Origin: Podarcis vaucheri
Lineage: Eukaryota
DNA: 64,000 nt
Reading direction: 5' to 3' (one strand)
NCBI GenBank assembly: GCA_965113315.1
Contig: OZ220368.1
Of this stretch, positions 36,764 to 50,830 are shown one piece after another. Positions within the stretch are counted from its first letter, which is position 1, and every line of letters begins with the position of its first letter. The position numbers and the translations under genes were made by a program. Below the pieces are notes generated by a model. The model did no database searches and was not told where the DNA came from. It was given only the letters and a program-made list of their open reading frames with translations.

Positions 36764-37163
36764 GCCTTGTTTACACATCACATTAAATCACAGTTAAATG
36801 AACTATGGTTCAAGTGAAGGAGCAGCATAGTTTAATGTGGTCCACGCTACTCAAAAAATTCTAGTTCCCAATTCACTCCTCCCCACTGTGATGCTGCCAC
36901 ACCAGAGAGAGAGGAAACAAGCCATAGCCTGGCTTTTCATTGTTCCTCTCCAAACCAAATATGAGAAGTAAGCCAAAAACAAACCTTTGCTCATAGTTGG
37001 TTTGGAGAGAAACAAAGCTTGAGCTACAAGAAGAAACTTGTTTTGTCCCCAGCAAGGCAGCAGCACAAGTGGGGACCTTGGACCACATGCACCAGCACAC
37101 TACTTATTCAGACTAAAATACCATTTTGTTTAACTATGATTTAATATGACATGTGAATCAGGC
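36764..37163. mobile_element. Old TIR element (related copies around 32835-33080 and 40470-41050)
   Basis: Long imperfect terminal inverted repeats: TTTACACATCACATTAAATCACAGTTAA ... TTAACTATGATTTAATATGACATGTGAA. Confidence 0.6.
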
Positions 37164-37625
37164 TTTTGTCAGTTGCTCTGAGCATTTCCTTTTATAAGGA
37201 AAAAGTGGGAGAGAAATTTTTGTATAAAATAATCTATTTCTAAAATTGATCAATTAAAAAGCAGTTGCTGATTAACTGGGCAATACATCGAAAATGTCAA
37301 TTATTTTTAACAGATGTACTTACAAAAATGGCAGGTGCTGATGCCCTCCTTTTGAACACACTTTCCCTTCTCTACCTCACACTGGAGGAAATGCCTCTTC
37401 TAAGATGGCACTTGCTGCACACATCATGTAAAATCAAGATATGTTTCCCCACAAAAATATTGCTTTATTCATGTACAAATGTGTAATTTAAATTATCAAC
37501 TAAAATTCGTGTGATTAAGATTTCTTTAATCTGACGACTGCTCTATTGCCACTTAGAATCAGTACTGGAATTAAGAGCCCAAAGCACCACCAGCCCAAAT
37601 CTATCTGCTACAGACACAAAGTTCA

Positions 37626-37880
<255 letters not shown>

Positions 37881-39430
37881 TTAATGTAAAGATTAAGTCA
37901 GTCTACAGATTGAAACTGGCAGAGGAGCGTCCAGAGCTCAAGGAGAGTCAATGCCATGGAAGAGATCCCCATGCAGAGGCACAGACTGCTGACTAGGAAC
38001 AGTATCAGGGCTCACCATTTCTGTCTTTCAGTTTCTTTGGATTGGGAAAGTGCTATGTTCCACTTCCCATCTATTTTGGCTATTCATTCCTTTCTCAGCA
38101 AATACCCCTCCCCTCCAAAAAAGAACCAAACACTGTATTACTTTTGTTGAACTTCTGCCTTCAGCACAAAATCCCTTCCCAGTTTCATTTAGGTCCTGCA
38201 TTAAGGGAAGAATCCAGCAGCATTAACATCCACCTTTGGCAGTTGCCTTGCAAGACATTAAAGGGGGTGTTGCTTTTGGTGAATGTTTGTGGCCTAGATC
38301 TCAACCGGAGAAAGGTATTAAGATGGTGGAACCCCATCTCCGTTATCCCGCTAATTAAAACTATCCTGCCTCACGAACTACTGCCCTATTTTCCTACAAT
38401 TATTTATCTCTAACCTCTGAGATAATCTCACTTGCTCCAACTACTTTGTGTCTCCAGCTACTCCAACCAACTCTTTTCTCAGCCTTCAACAAACTGCCTT
38501 CCACCTCCTACAGTTCATTGAAACTTCCTTAGTCAAAACCACCCATTTCCAGATCCAAATAAACATAATAATGTTACTTTTCTTACTTTCATCTTAAAAC
38601 ACTCTTATATTTATTAATTTATATGCCACTATAAAGCGGCATAAAAAGTAGGCCTCTGCCCTGTGGAACATGTAATCAAATATTTGACACACTGTCTCTG
38701 CTGGAGGAAATGTTAGAAGAGGGAGAAGAGAGGAGAAGGAGGCAAGTGTAAATTGGAAGAGTATGGATTCCGTTCAGTTACATATACTTCAGCTTAGCTT
38801 CGGTAATGGAGGAGGAATAAGATGCAAGCAAGCATAAACGACCCAGGTAAGTCTTCATCACTTATAAATGGTTAAACACAAGCATTGCACGTTGTGAGTA
38901 GGTCTAGGATTGCAATAGCAGGGACAAAACTAATAGGGTGTATCCACTAACCCACCTACAACAATCTGTCTTCTGACTAATAAACTGCCAGAAATTACTT
39001 GTCTTCATATATTTTACTGATACTGCCAAATTACATTAAGGAAACAGACATGTGTGGACAGACTTTTTGTGAAAGTTTACTGCCAATGTTTAAATGTTTT
39101 TTATTAATGACTGGACCGTTATTGTACTTCAGAAATATCCAAGAATTGTTTAGTTTTCCAATGGGAAACCATGGCCCTAGCATCAGAAAATGGACAGCAG
39201 TAGGTAGCCAGGTATTGAACTTAGCAGCAAGGGTGTCAGAATTGTACCATGGGCAACATAACAACAGCAACTGAGCTGCCCAATTGAAAAGGACTTAGCC
39301 ATGTATGAAATTAAGTATTTTGTGTTATTTGCTTTCCAATGAAGTCACAATTCAACAGCCTCTCTCTGTTCCAAAACACAAAAATGACATGGATTTTCAG
39401 TATCCTAAGCTATCTATAGAGTCAGAGCTA

Positions 39431-39619
<189 letters not shown>

Positions 39620-39755
39620 CTAAAAGCCGGGGGAGGGGAATATTTTCAAATGCTGAAGCTTTGACACGTCAATCCAAAAATTACCAAAATATTTTATCTT
39701 ACACAAGACAAAACTCAAATCACATTGCAAGGAGAAAAGAGTAGAAGTGTCATAC

Positions 39756-39874
39756 CTGTTCTGATTTCTCATCAGAGCTGCTGGGTGCTTCAGATGTGTC
39801 TTTGACAAAGTAGTTATCTACCAAATCTATTTGCCTGCATTCCTGGCGACAGATTGGACACCTGATCACACCAA
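39756..39874 (-). CDS. TRIM33: TRIM33 exon 2 (end of RING)
   Basis: Acceptor ttgcag|, (V)[39 protein letters not shown], donor |gtatga; 119 nt. Not in the ORF track in this frame. Confidence 0.96.
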
Positions 39875-42499
39875 CTGCAACAAAAAAGGGTACTTCTTAC
39901 ACTTTACTGGATTGCCATAACTTGATTTTAAAAATCATCACAATATTTGTAATTAAAATACAGAATCTTCTTCCAAACCTATTAAGCATAATATGTCCAA
40001 GGTCAATGCATAAGAGCACTTTCAGCTCCAAATAAGATAATGTGTTTCACAAAATATTTCAAATTCCTGTAAGGCACAACATTTATTTATTTTTAACTAT
40101 ATCGATAACCTGGGAGCTAACACACTAACAGTGCTCCATAAAGTTTCAGAACCGTTGGTTTTTATTACGCCATACTTCATCAGTTCTCAGGGATATTGCA
40201 ATTTATAAAACTAAATAATTAGCAGCACAACAAATACAGGTTGGTGGCATTTTATGAACAACTCTTCCAAGCTGTTTTTGATCCTTTCCACTTAGAGGGT
40301 TGGATCCAGACCAAGTTAAATGAAATTAAAATTGCGTAGTAACTTTGATTTCAGTAGGCCCTAATTTAAGTTACACTTAAATCAGTGGAAGCCAAGTACA
40401 ACTAACTTAATATGGATTTATCCCATTGTTTCCTCAAAACAAAACAAAACAGTAAGGCATGAACAAATACTGGTTGATGTTTGCAGCTTGCTTGGTGGGA
40501 AGCAAACTATGAGCCCAGGTTCAGACAACAGGATAAGCCCAAATCTGGCTTGTTTCACTCATGATACAGCAAGACCAACAAGGAATGGAATAAGAACTTT
40601 TCAGCACACTGAACATCATGCACAGTCATGTTAAATCAAAGTGTGTGCTTAACTTTAGTTTAATATGACATGAGAACTGAGTCAAAGTCTATAGTCTCAT
40701 TCACATGTACTGTGAAGTCGAACCATGGCTTGGCATGAATGTATGAACATGATAAGCTCCTGAGGACAATATCGCAGGCACTTTGCTCCTCTCTGTGCAT
40801 TTTAGCTCTGCACAGCAGTGCCACATGAACCCATAATCATAGTTAAGGTATCTCCTTGCGAACTATGACCTGTAACCATAGGAAAAACCTTGGCTACTGG
40901 TTATGAGTAAGCAGGAGAGATCTTAACCATAATCTCAAGTTTGGATGACATGCAAAGCCAAACCTAGGCTTAGGTGCCATGCTGCGCTGAGACAGGGAGC
41001 AACAAAGTGGCTGCAATCTCCCCAGAAGCCAACAGCTAAGCCATTAAGTGAAAGGTTCTATGTACAAGAACAGCTCATCACCTCTGAGGAAATACTTGTC
41101 TCAATATGTCCAGCACCTTTCTGGGCCTCAGAAGGCTGCAAAAAGGCTGCCTTTGAGGAGGATCAAAATGCATCTTTCTAGGAGCTAGCAGGTTCACATT
41201 GTCACAGTAAATCATTATCTGGCTTACCATGATACAAGAACCAGATCTATGTCACATTACTAAAATAGCAATCACAATCAAATATATGCTGATGTGCCTT
41301 TTGATGAAAGACCGTAATAGTTCACAGCACTCATTAGTAGGATTTAAATACGAAACAAAAGAAGTCTGACATTTAATGAATGTTTGTATTATTAATAATA
41401 TGCTATTAGTTTGAGCTTTCTTCTGCTCCATTTTCAATAATGTTTGAGAATACAAGTAAAACAGTCCCTAAACAAGGACTCTACATTTTCAAAATGGATA
41501 TGTGCCAACAGATACTGTTCTGCCTTATGCAAACACATTCTGGGCAGAGCTTAAATCTGAAGAGGTTTTCTCATCAGTGTTCAAAATTCCCCAGGCACAA
41601 ATCGTGTTTTGTGACAAGTGCGGGTTCAACTGCGGCCATGTGGAAATCTCTGAATGCCAGGCTGCATTGCAGGGTTAGACCAGATGACCCTCGTGGGTCC
41701 TTCCATCTTGACATTCTATCATTCTATGATTTCCTGTGCTACTTTCTTGACAGCCAAAGGATCTTAGTGGCCAAAGGGAGGTAGAAGAATTTTGGTGCAT
41801 TTAGCATGGAATATAGTAAGTTTTCCAACAGTCCTCTCCTAGCCAAATGTTGCTGCCTATCTTGAGGATACAGTCTTCTCCAATTTCAAAATTAGAGCTG
41901 TTTTTAAGGAGTTGAGCTGGTTTCTTTATCATCAAAGTATTAAAGGTTCAAGTTAGGTTGATACATTAATTGTGCATCTAAAAAACAAAACTATTTCCAT
42001 AATTAACCCCTGTGGAAGATCACAAGGAGGTGAGAGGAGCCAAGTGACAACTCAAAAACATTTTGTGTAATTAATCTTCCAATTGTTAAAAAACCTACAG
42101 CAAACACATAAAATTGAAGAAATATCAAGAGCATTGTTGGATAAAAGCTAAGCTATAAATGGAACAATTAAATACAAATAATTATGTGGTACCAGCCAAT
42201 ACTATAAAACTGGTAAAGCAACCTTTTTTTAATTGGACAAACTTTTTGCTGGCATAGAAACAGGCAAGCTTTCAAGTTACATTTTTTAAAAAAAACTCAC
42301 CAGGCCAAAATAAAAATAAAAATGGAAAGCCTATGCTCCATGTATCGGTCAAATACATAGAACAGATTTAGTACCAGTCTGACTATTTGCTTATTTTTGT
42401 ACAATCTTATCTGAGTGTACTTAGGTAGGGAAAACCAGGAAGTGATGTAAGAAATGGGGAGCAGCCACAGCACACTGCTAGATTTTTCCCAGCTGAAGA

Positions 42500-42950
42500 A
42501 CATGAAAGAAGCCCTATCTATTATACAATACCAATATGATGCTTCCTACAGCAACCAAACTGATAGCTTCACAAAGCTCACAAGCAGGACATAAACAAAA
42601 TATACCTCCCACACCTTTGCTCCCCAGCAACTGTTCAGTGGCATTTCATAATTGAACATGGAGGTTCCTTAGACCCACCAGGCCTATGCTCCATGTATCG
42701 GTCAAATCCCTTTAAAAAGTCGTCTATGAGCCATTACCACATATTATTATAGATACAAATTCCAGGAATTATGCACTGTTAATTTATTTTGTAAAATTTA
42801 TACACCGCTTGCTTGTAAAAAAACAACAACTGAAAGCTGTCCTCTCTCATTACTGAATTGCCCGAAGCTCCAGTATTGAGAGGGAGAAACTATTGTGTCT
42901 AGTCACTTCTCTCACAAGATGAATAATTTTATAAGCATCTATCAACAACA
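42500..42950 (-). mobile_element. Degenerate CR1 LINE 3' fragment
   Basis: AAGCTCACAAGCAGGACAT...CCCAGCAACTG...GAACATGGAGGTTCC...GCCTATGCTCCATGTAT resembles the squamate CR1 3' end. Confidence 0.55.
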
Positions 42951-43167
42951 AAAAGTATGCTATGGTTGCACTGCTAGGAGTGAGGGACAGAAGCATAGGG
43001 GCATGTGTTTTCAAAATAAGTCATTATTTTATTTAATCTATTTATATACCACCCTTCAGTTCAAGGCTACTACAATGGAGACAAAGAGAACTGATTTGGT
43101 ATATCAAAAGCAAGACAAGCAACATACCCTTCAGAGCATGGCGAAAGAAGTAAAGTTAGTCTTGTTT

Positions 43168-43423
43168 TAGGGCTGCCATATGTCTGGAATTTCTTGAACA
43201 AAGCCGGGATCCATCTGTCAAAAATGATGTCTGATGGAATTTTCGAAAAGCAGTTAAAATGTTCGGGGAAACCCAGGCATATGGCAGTCCATATCGGAAG
43301 TTTTTATTTTTTTTGCAAATTTCCTGAAGAATAGTTTAAAAACTTATTCTTTTTTAAAATAAATAAATAAATTTTGCAAAGCTCAACAACTTAATTTTTG
43401 TGTCCTGATATACGGCAACCCTA
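43168..43423. mobile_element. hAT (Tip100/Ac-like) MITE
   Basis: TIR TAGGGCTGCCATAT / ATACGGCAACCCTA; perfect 8-bp TSD TCTTGTTT (43160-43167 / 43424-43431). Confidence 0.9.
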
Positions 43424-45359
43424 TCTTGTTTCCTCTGACCTGCACTTCATCCTATGATGCCTTTTAGAAATATATTGCTTGAGCTAGGAAAAGCCAGCAC
43501 AAGTGAATCTTAAAGTTCTTACACACAACTCACAGCTTTGCTGGGCTTCTCAGGAACCTACCAACTCATGAGAAAATAGTTCCTAGTCTTCTTGGTTGCA
43601 AAACTGGCTGGGCTCCACAAATCCAGTTGCCAGCACCCATTCCCACTTCTCTATAAACTACGGAGGTAGATTGCAAGAGAAATCCCTCACATCATGCTGA
43701 GGTTTTGACAGAAGCAGTGACTGCGGCTTGCACTGCTTCTGTTTTAATTTCAGCAAAATTCCTGCCCAAAGTGAGATAAGATCCACCCACTTCCCCATCA
43801 TCATTGGGCAGCAGACTGCTGGGAAAAATATTTTCCACCACTTTGTGCCCTGCCTTGAAGACTGAAAGAACTGACAGGAGTCCTCCTTGCTATTTCCCCA
43901 GTGCATAATGTGAAGTGGAAGTCAAGTCTCTGTGCAACCAACAGTGGGGAAAGGAAAAGCACTAAAGGGGCATAAACATCTTTCAATTTTTGTAGGGCTG
44001 CAAGAAGTGACAGATAAGATCCACCCCACCCTCAAATCCTCTTGTGTATTGCTGCTGCTGCTGCTAGAAGGACTGGTGTTTATCAGTGAAACTTTCTGAA
44101 ACGGTTCTTTGAAGACTGGGAATAGAGAATATGCTAAAGCATGCATAACTGTGCAATCCTAGCCATGTCTACACAGAAGTCAGTCCTACTGAATGCAATG
44201 GGACTTACTGCTAGGTAAATGGGGTTAAGATTGCAGCTTAAGTTATCACCTAAAGTTCATTGCAGAAAATGGTTTGCACTGTTACATGGAAAAAATGAAT
44301 TTGCCTTAATCAAAACTACTCCCCCCACCACTTCAACACTTTAAATAAACTACTGGTATTTTTAATCACAATGGACCTAGGTCGGACCAAGTAAACTAAC
44401 TCTAGCAAATAGTTTCTAAAAGTAATTAACTCTTTAAAAACCCAAATATCTTGTGGTACCTTAAAGCCTAAAACTGTTATTGCTACCTGCATTTGTTTTA
44501 TATTTTATTTATGAATGGCAAAAGAAATATGATATAAATTTATTGTGACATACAGCTTTTATGGACTAGAGTCCACATAGTCAGATGCCTGAAGGATTTT
44601 CTTGAGTTGCTGGTATAAATATGCATAGCTTGCCGGGGGGTGGGGGGGGAATGGAGACTGTAAAATGCAGAAATTAAAAACTGTTACAATGACATTATTA
44701 ACAGTGTTTGTGGGAGTGATAAACATTCTGGCACCGGCAATTCACGCGGATGAAAATTAGCAATATATTTCTATCGCTTTGGATGGATAACTGCACTATT
44801 CACTTACTTCTGATTCAATGACTAGATGATCAAATAAAACTTTAGATCATATCCAATGACATCAGCAAGCCAATAAAATGTTTTAAATTGTTTCAATTTC
44901 CATGCCAACTCATATATATGTTTTATGAAGTTAAGAGAATGTTTGAAAAGCACATTTCTCTTTTTTATAGCATTGAGAAAGACAAACGAGGAACATAAAG
45001 CACACATGGGAAAGAGAAACATTGTTGTCACTAATGAGATCTGGCCCAAAATCAAAGATCTGCTTATCTTCTAGTCCAGTGGAAAGAAACCTCCAGCCCA
45101 CAGGCCTATTTAGGCTTGCCTGCCTTGGAGATTGGCACATCTGGATGTTTGGGGACAAACCACACCCACCTTTCTAGGGCCTGATGACATATATAACCTT
45201 AGGTGCATGAAGCGACAGCTAAAACAAAGAAGTATTAGGAGTGCAATAAGTGTGCTCACATTCTTCCTTTGCATCCCATACTTGAATTCAAGATGTGGTT
45301 CAAGCTGCACCTGCAAAGGAAGAAGGAAAGAATCGGGAGCACACTCGTCTACCCATGTA

Positions 45360-45739
45360 CAGTGGTGCCTCGCAAGACGAAAAGAATCCGTTCCGCCAGT
45401 CTCTTCGTCTTGCGGTTTTTTCGTCTTGCGAAGGAAGCCCATTAGTGGCTTAGCGGATTAGCGCTATTAGCGGCTTAGCAGGCTTAGCTGATCAGCTGTT
45501 AAGCTGCTTAGCGGATCAGCTGTTAAGCGGCATAGCGGCTTAGGATCAGTTGATAAGCGGCTTAGCGGCTTGGGAAAAAGGGGGGGAGGGAAAAAAACCT
45601 GCAGGAACTCGCAAGACATTTTCGTCTTGCGAAGCAAGCCCATAGGAAATTTGTTTTGCGAAGCACCTCCAAAACGGAAAACCCTTTCGTCTAGCGGGTT
45701 TTCCGTCTTGCGAGGCATTCGTCTTGCGGGGCACCACTG
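45360..45739. mobile_element. Tc1/mariner (Tigger-like) MITE with internal TTAGCGGC minisatellite
   Basis: TIR CAGTGGTGCC(T/C)CGCAAGACGAA; TA TSD on both sides. Confidence 0.93.
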
Positions 45740-45759
45740 TACTATCTGAAATCTGGCAT

Positions 45760-46275
45760 TGGTTGCCAGATGTGAAATATTGACGTTATTTTCAGCTCTC
45801 TCACCCCACTATGTGGCCACTAATTCATTTCCCCCTTTCCCATATAAATAAAAGGAGTAAATCTACAGAGCATTCTCAGACATAACCTGACTCTCTCCCA
45901 CCCCAAATTATGAAAATTCTCTCTCAAGTTACATGTCTCCCACACTGGGCTTATTAGGCGCAAGGAAAAAAAGTGAGAAGGAGAAAAGTCAGAGTTTACA
46001 GTTCAGGAGGGGAAATGTGCCCTGGAAAGAAATAAGCAAGAAGAGAGCATGTGCCATTCCAGACCTCTGCTTGAGTCCAAGGCTGTGGCTATGGGAGAAA
46101 CAATAACCCTTTGGGGACTCCATCACAGTCTCAGGTTATATGTGTGTGTAAATAAACCATATTGCATAAAGACACAACAATCTCCACTGTGCCCAAAAGG
46201 AAACACAAACCCTGGGTAAGTGTTTGGAACTCCTGGAATCTCACAACACTTGGAGATTGGGATGGCACGCAACCA
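45760..46275 (+). mobile_element. Old solo-LTR-like element (same family as 57706-58310)
   Basis: Ends TGGTTGC...GCAACCA. Block TGTGTAAATAAACCAT...AAAGACAC...TCTCCACTGTGCC...CCTGGAATCT is shared with about 58096-58310. Confidence 0.6.
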
Positions 46276-46969
46276 TATTATAGTGGGCAGAGAGTGGGCC
46301 CTTAAATAAGAAATAAATAAAAACTATTGTTAGGAGGACAAAAGCAAACGGAAGAATTCAACATCACACTGTTACAAATGTTACATCTGCACAAGCCCAT
46401 CTGTTTGCCAGATGGAGCAATCCCCTCTCTCCTTCTCTCCCCTCCGTGTGCTATTCTGCGGGTTTCCCTGACCTGCCCACAGCTTGGGGGGGTGCACAGG
46501 GGGAGCAGAGGGGAGAAATCCCCATTGTGCACGGCTTCTGATGATAGGGATTGTTAGGTGAATCCCACCCAAAGTCTTGTTGCACCTTAAATATATTGTG
46601 GCATTACCTCATGGAATAAGATATTTCCCCTACAGGAACCACATGTGCACTATTTATTGTTTACCTCAACATAAATATGGCTAAGCCTACATGTTGTTAA
46701 ACACCATTTAAACAATAATTTATAAAATATGAAAACTGTGTTTGCCTTGTATGATACAGAGGAAAAATGTGTTTCACACACCTTGAGATTCTTTTTTACA
46801 AGTTTTAATTATAAAATGACATAAGCTTTCATAGATGCCAACCCACCTCTGATGCAGTTAGAAATTGTAGAAGGCATTCTACCATTCTAAAATTCTTATG
46901 CAGAATCTTTAGAGTGTGCAATGAATTAATTGCTGTTAAGCCCTCAACTAATGCAGTTAAATTTCTGTA

Positions 46970-47195
46970 CAATGGTACCTCGGGTTAAGTACTTAATTCG
47001 TTCCAGAGGTCCGTTCTTAACCTGAAACTGTTCTTAACCTGAAGCACCACTTTAGCTAATGGGGCCTACCGCTGTTGCCACACTGCCACCACGTGATTTC
47101 TGTTCTCATCCTGAAGCAAAGTTCTTAACCCAAGGTACTATTTCTGTGTTAGCGGAGTCTGTAACCTGAAGCGTATGTAACTCAAGGCACCACTG
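46970..47195. mobile_element. Tc1/mariner (Tigger-like) MITE
   Basis: CAATGGTACCTCGGGTTA ... TAACTCAAGGCACCACTG, flanked by TA. Confidence 0.88.
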
Positions 47196-49709
47196 TACAG
47201 AGGAAACAACTAGCCACTCAGATTCATGTGAATGCAAGGAAACATTAAGGAGGAAGAAGAAAGCAGAAGGAATAGCTGAACTGAAAAGGAGAAATGTCAG
47301 AGGTGTTGCTGCATATTCTGGCCCTTCCCTGTCATACACCCTAACTCTTACCATCATATCAAGTCCTCCTTCTAAGCCAGGAAGCCTCTCCTGATCCACT
47401 CCAAGGCAACAACTTGTTTTACTCTTTTAATAGTACCTCAAGCTTCATCCAGTCACTACTTTTTGGAAGACTTCCTTTAGGTTACTTCTATAACATGTTC
47501 CTTTATAAAAGTTAGCAAACATACATCAGAAAAAAATAACATTGCACACATGGTTTTAGTAACCATCTTCCATAAGTTATTAGTTTTCTTACATATTTAG
47601 TATACAATGTATAAAATCTTATTTGACTGCATTTTGTCATTGTCACCATCATTTTGCATTCTAAAGTATTACAGATCTCATGTGGCTTTCGAGCTGCAGT
47701 GTACCACTGTGAAACTTATCTTTAAAAATTTCATTATTGCATGATAATTCTCAAAACTCTGAACCCAAGCAGCTTTTCCTAACTATCTCTGACAGTTCTT
47801 TTGTGGCTCTTTCTACCATCATTTCCCAGACCAGTGGTGTGTGTGCAATGTGCAGACATGATGGGCAGCAAAACTGGGGCAAGTAATCTAATAATGAAGA
47901 AGATGCCCAAGCTGTACAACAAAATTGTGCCAGCCACATGTCTATTAGTGAAGAGACAGCGTGGAGGTTTCAGAAACAAAGGAGAGACCTCATGCAGGTT
48001 CATGTGGAAGGAGGTGCCTCCTTAGGAGTTAGTCCACCTCAAAAGGTTGCTGCAATGATAAAATAGGCCAGGGGACAACCTCCCTCCCTTGAACTTGTTA
48101 TACTAACAGGATTATTTCACTAGATGTAGCCTTGGGCTTAATGTTTAGCCTTAGATGTAATTGGGAGATGACTATCTCTGAGTATGTGGCCTCATTATTA
48201 AGGAACATTGTGCACAGATCTGGTATGAGAGTGTTTCTGCTCTGATGAACATATTCCTTGAGTCCCAAAACTTCTTTCTGAAGAAATATTTGTGTTCTCA
48301 TCCCCACTCCCCTTCATTTAATGCCTCTTTCCCTAGTCATTTCCACTTTGGTATTTTTCACTGAGTCCAAACATTCTGGTAGATGAAAGGAATGCTCTCC
48401 TGAAGCACTTTTGAACAGAGACAATCCTGATATATCCTAAAGTGGAGGTATGCCTCCATAGATGCTATGCAGCCACATCTTTAAAGCAGACCATTTGTGT
48501 ACAGCATGGTTTTTTAAAATAATAATAATAATAATTGACGCACCTGTGAAGCACTGAGTGTTATAGGTTTTAATGATAGCATAACAATAGCAAGAGTTCA
48601 AATTAATCCCTAGAGAAATTGTAATTATGTTTATAACATTTAGTTCTTAGAAAGGCTGCCAATTAGTTACTACTTACATTTCTTACATAACAGCAACTGT
48701 GCTATGAAGCTGCAACTATTGTCTTAGTCAACTATAAAGTTCACTGAGTGATCTTGGGCAAGTCACTATTTCTCATTCAAGCATTTGTCACAGGTTGTGG
48801 TGAAGATACAATAGAACAGCGCCCAACCGGTGTTTGAAATTAGCCTGGCTATAGACTACTTGGGACCAGGTAAAGATGCCAGGTGCCAGGATGGTGTCTG
48901 ACATCTCCACATCAGGAGGTGTATGGCTGTGGATCATTGGATCTTGACTGTTTTCACACACTAATACCACATCCTGTATAATTCTATCAGTTATATTTTA
49001 TCTGCACAATCAGAATGAATTTCAGGAACCAAAATGCTTTTTCTGTGCAGCCTGAGCAGGAGCAGCGAACAACATTATAGTTAACTGTTGTCACTTGTCT
49101 TCACTTACCCCACTGTCCTGCTCACAGTGGTGAAGAATAAATATTCTTAGGTTATGAATGGTCTGTGTCACCATTAAGAAAAAGAGCTGGAGTAGACAAA
49201 TATATATGTGGACTGTCCCTGGATAAAATGACTCAAAGTTTTTAACCTTGCTCAAGGTTGTCATACAACTAGCCAGATGTTTAACTGAGAATCAATCACA
49301 GTCAGTCCATCATTCAAAAAAATAAGACTTTATAGTCTTGCCCCCAAATGTCAACTAGACATTTTGTTTTGATTGTAATCTTGGTTTAAGGAGCCATTTG
49401 GTGCCTAGCTTATAAATCTCAGTTTCTTATACTGTCCCCAGTACACCATGTCCCTCAAGCTCCTTGGAGAGCGACAAAAATTAAAATTAAAAAATAGACA
49501 AATGTTAAATAGGAAGGTAGTTGGTGGAATTTAGTATTATTGCAACATTGGACATGAGTATTAGGCATCTTTGGGAGCCAAGCATGGCTGAAAAGTCGGG
49601 TATGTACAGTAAATAAAATTATTAGAGTTTATCACTGGCCCTATCCATCTCATAAGAAATTGATTCAGTCTCTCCCATAAATTCCAGGCTCATGTCTTTG
49701 ACACCACAG

Positions 49710-49710
<1 letters not shown>

Positions 49711-49744
<34 letters not shown>

Positions 49745-49760
49745 TGGATTGGATTGGATT
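49711..49760. repeat. Compound (TTGA)n(TTGGA)n microsatellite
   Basis: Direct read. Confidence 0.93.
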
Positions 49761-50677
49761 TATATAATGCCCTTCATCAAAATATATTGGGGTGGTACAC
49801 AAGTGCCTATAGTTTTTGAGTGCTTCTAAAGCGTAGGGAGCAAAATAGTCAACATGACAGCCAGGTTTTGGACCTTTAAATCACCTATACAGTTTTACCT
49901 GGAAGTAAGCCTTACTGAGCTCAATGGGGGCAACTCCCAGGTAGAGGGGAGCAATTTTGAATTAGCTGCAATCCTATACCCACATTGAGAACATACATTT
50001 GATTGTTTGTTTGGTTTGCAAGTCAGAGCAGTAAACAAACAAATGCTGCAGTATTGTAGGATAGGAAAGGATGGAATCTTTTTTTTAAAAAAAGTAAAAA
50101 ACCCTAAAAACTAAACAAACCTCATTCATTTAGTTCTTCCTTCTTTAACCATCTAACCACAGAAGAACTATTTTTATACTCATTACTAGTAAGGATGAGA
50201 TTAACAGTAGAATCTTGTACACATCTGCTCAGCAGTCAACGGAATGTATTCCCAGGTAAATTTGTACAGGACTTGATCCTAAAGAAATATAACAGGGTTG
50301 CTTTAATTCATAGTATGTGTAGGAATGTGAGGTAGTATAACTTTGTGTGATCTGGCAATTTGAGGAGACTTATTTGCAAGGCAGGATTAAGCACATGAGA
50401 TATTTTATCACATAATTATCCTGGTAACCAGCAACTGCAAAAAGGTGGCTTAACATCTCATAATGAAACCATAGGAAGATAATTTTTTGAATGCAATGAA
50501 CAAAAGGAAGAACAATTGTATTATTCTTTGTATTAGTTTCAAAATGTGATAGCTACATGTGGGTTAGAAATCATTTCCCCAAACCTTCAATGTTAAAACT
50601 GAAAAAAACCTTCACTTTATCGCATTCAGTCATTATAGGCAAAGCATGAATCAATGGATCATCTAGGTCCCTAACAG

Positions 50678-50830
50678 AAGTGCTATTTTTCTAGAAAAAG
50701 AGGTGCCAGAACTCTCCATGTGTGTGAAAAAGAGGTGCTGGAACTCCCTTGTTCTCTTAGAATGGCAATGGTGCTCACCTGAGAGATGCCGGAACTGAGT
50801 TCCTGGGAGTTCCCTCTGAAAAAAGCCCTA
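50678..50830. mobile_element. Short TIR MITE abutting the L2 5' break
   Basis: AGTGCTATTTTTCTAG ... CTGAAAAAAGCCCT ends, with internal repeats GAGGTGCC(A/G)GAACT. Confidence 0.6.

Noticed and set aside
45440-45570. Short regularly repeated units resembling a CRISPR-like array
   Set aside because: Vertebrate intron; the units are an internal minisatellite of a TIR element with no unique spacers.
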